Source of the DNA: Azolla caroliniana
Taxonomy: Eukaryota > Plantae > Polypodiophyta
NCBI GenBank assembly: GCA_043228905.1
Contig: JBHGNT010000012.1
Span: forward strand, 20,894,001 to 20,958,000
DNA length: 64,000 nt
Direction of reading: 5' to 3'
The position numbers and the translations under genes were made by a program. The notes below the pieces were generated by a model. It was not told the origin of the DNA. It did not search any database and worked only from the letters and a program-made list of their open reading frames with translations. Below, in pieces: positions 61,601-64,000 of the stretch; the stretch's first letter is position 1, and every line of letters starts with the position of its first letter.

Positions 61601-64000
61601 CGATCCGACTCATCGTTGCCGGTTTCGAATTCCGACATCTTCTTTTTCCCTTTCTCTTTACGCGTGAACCGTCTCCTCGGTTCCTTGCGCGAGGAGAGCA
61701 CGGCAGAGTCTCCACTACTCGTTGGTTCCTCATCGGACTGGTCAGATTGACTCAGTCTCTCGTTTGGTCCGCTCAACCGAAACGATTCCGGACTCTCATC
61801 TTGAGTCCACGCTTCATCATCCTCTACTTGGGCCGATTCTGGCTCACTAGCCTCATCCTCCGGCATCGGGAAGGGATCGGAAGTCGGAGTTGGTAAGGAA
61901 TACCATGATGCTGATTCATCAAACTCGACATCTCAGCTAACTCGGACCTACTTTGTTCGGGGGTTATAACACTTATAACCCTTTTGCTCTTGAGCATAGC
62001 CGACGAGGATGCATTTTTCCGATTTTGCATCCAGCTTCCTCCGCTTCTCATCCGGCACATGCACATATGCAATGCTACTGAATATCCTCAGGTGTCTTAA
62101 GTTCGGCTTACGCCCGCCAAGACTAACATTCTGTGTCGGTCCCCACACATCCGAATGGATAAGGTCGAGCTTGTTATGGCTCCGGTTTCGTTCGGTGGGG
62201 AATGGAAGCCGGTGTTGCTTCCCGAGTTGGCAGGCTTCACATACTTGGGCTCTCCGGCCGCTAAACTTCGGCAAACCAAAAACAACTTGTTTCGTTTGCA
62301 GGTCTTGAAGCCTCCGGTAATTGACGTGGCCTATCCGCTTGTGCCACAGGTCGATGTCCGACCCGACCTTCTGTCCTTTTGCAAATAGAGCGGTGCCGAC
62401 GTCATTGGTGTCAAGGATAAACATCCTCCCGTCTTTGCGCCCTTGCGCAATAACTTCGCCCTCATCCTCAATGAAGCACCCAAGGTGCGTAAACCGCACC
62501 TGCATCCCCTGGTCAACGATCTGTCCGACCGACACCAGGTTCTTCATGATTGTCGGAACGTGTAACACGTTCATCAGCTTCCCCTTCTGTCTGACGTGGC
62601 TCAAAGGGACTTCTCCGACATGCACGATTGGGTGAGGAATGTCGTCTCCGGTTTTGACTACTCCTAGTTGATCCGATTTCTCCAACAAAGAGAACCACTC
62701 CTTGTGGCTCGTCATGTGGTTTGACACGCCGGAATCAACGTACCACACTTCCCCCGATTTGGATGTGGTCTTCTTCATTGAGTTCGCATTGTGCTTCATC
62801 ACCAAGGTTGGCCCCTTACCGTTCTTGGATCCTCTCGATCCGTTTGCGTAGTGCGAGCTTTGCCGGCCATCCTTGCCAGCCTTGCCGGATCCGGATTTGT
62901 CCGAATCGGCGCGCTTTCTCCAGCACTCGCTTTCTCTGTGGCCCTTCTTGCCACAGTACCAGCATTCCGTTGCGGATTTGTTTTTCCGGCCTCCAATATC
63001 GCATTGACTTCCCCCTGCTCCCGGAGGGTCCGGAATTGTTGTCGGCACGATCTCTGTGTCATCATTCTTGCTCTTGTCGGCCGCCTCCATTGCGTGCCGA
63101 CCCGCCTCGTCCACCACACCCACGGGACCGATCCGCCTCCGTGTACAGCATCCGGCTATCAGTGGGTGCGTTAGTTGACACACCGGCGTGGTTCTCCTCT
63201 ACAAGGAGCATCAACTGTAAGTCGAAAAATGACGGCATATTCTCCCTTGTACAAACCGCCGTCCGAAAGGCTTTGTACTTAGACGTTAGGCCCCCAAGAC
63301 AGACCTGTACCATCTCGTCTTCCTCTACGGTGATGTTAATAGAGGCAAGCGAGTCACAGATCTCTTTGATCCGGGCCATATAGTCAGCCACCGACAAGTC
63401 CCTCTGTCGGACATTGCTCAACTCTTGTCGGAGTTGCAGCTTTCGGGTTGTAGTGCTTGCGGCGAAAACCTTCTTCAGGTTTCCCCAAGCCTCCTTCGGC
63501 GTCTTGGCGTCTCGGATTTGGCTCAGCAGCTGATCCCCGACACTGGACGCAAAGCCATACATCACTCTGCTTGTCGATTGTTCCCACGCTGGGAAGTCCT
63601 CATGTGTCGTATTAGGTGTTGTTTCGTTCGTTCGTTCCACGAAACTCCAATACCCATGCCCCAGTAGGTACTGATGCATTTTGTACGACCAGGACGCATA
63701 GTTGCTCCGGTCAAGTTTCTCTGTGGGAAGTGAACTTGCCATACCTCTGTCCATAAATGCTTCAGTGTCTGTTCTTGCGACCTGTTGGGTTTTGCTTCTC
63801 AAGGCGAATGTCTGCAGCAGAGGTTCTCAACCCTCGAGCTCTGATACCATGTGAACGATTGCTTGCGAAAGCGTTAGAGAAGCAGAGAAAACAGAAAATA
63901 TGTCGAGAGTACGCGGGAGAATCAAAGAGAGTAGAACGTAAAAGTTATATTCAAAATAATAGTAAACACTCTGTACATACTCTGTGCTCAGTAGCACTAT
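58697..64000 (-). mobile_element. Ty1/copia LTR retrotransposon (5' LTR runs off the window), disrupted
   Basis: 3' LTR 58697-59108 with PPT at 59109. 5' LTR from 63850, PBS gctctgatacca at 63838-63849. Gag 63802-63062, CCHC knuckle CWYCGKKGHRESEC, WYVDSG, GAG-pre-integrase, RT YVDD, RNaseH TKHIEVHYHFVRE. Confidence 0.95.

Noticed and set aside
59201-63667. Plus-strand ORFs of up to 233 aa
   Set aside because: They are antisense shadows of GC-rich copia pol with no recognisable domains.

Overview
This is eukaryotic nuclear DNA from a land plant, most likely a fern. That is an inference from GT-AG introns, a cilium-associated MOK/LF4 kinase, a PLS-type PPR gene and plastid-derived fragments. 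Five host genes can be modelled: the 3' exons of an HflX GTPase (+), a 14-exon MOK/LF4 kinase (-), a MAPKKK17/18-like kinase (+), a PLS-E PPR gene (-) and a G-box-binding bZIP (-). There is also an intron-containing APC1 pseudogene fragment. The rest is nested transposon DNA: two Ty1/copia elements, solo LTRs, LINE fragments and a non-autonomous LTR element. Five observations stand out. (1) The non-coding LTR element lacks a tRNA primer site and appears to use Tf1-type self-priming. (2) An 87-bp MAPKKK intron has both splice sites inside an 18-nt direct duplication, a candidate intron gain. (3) A scrambled plastid mosaic (rrn16, atpH, psbB, psbA and probably ycf pieces) bounded by 28-bp direct repeats lies in a MOK intron. 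(4) MOK has an in-frame TGA, yet its downstream exons stay open and in phase. (5) The APC1 fragment looks transposon-captured. All assignments were made by eye, without database searches. I see no evidence for a wholly new biological system.
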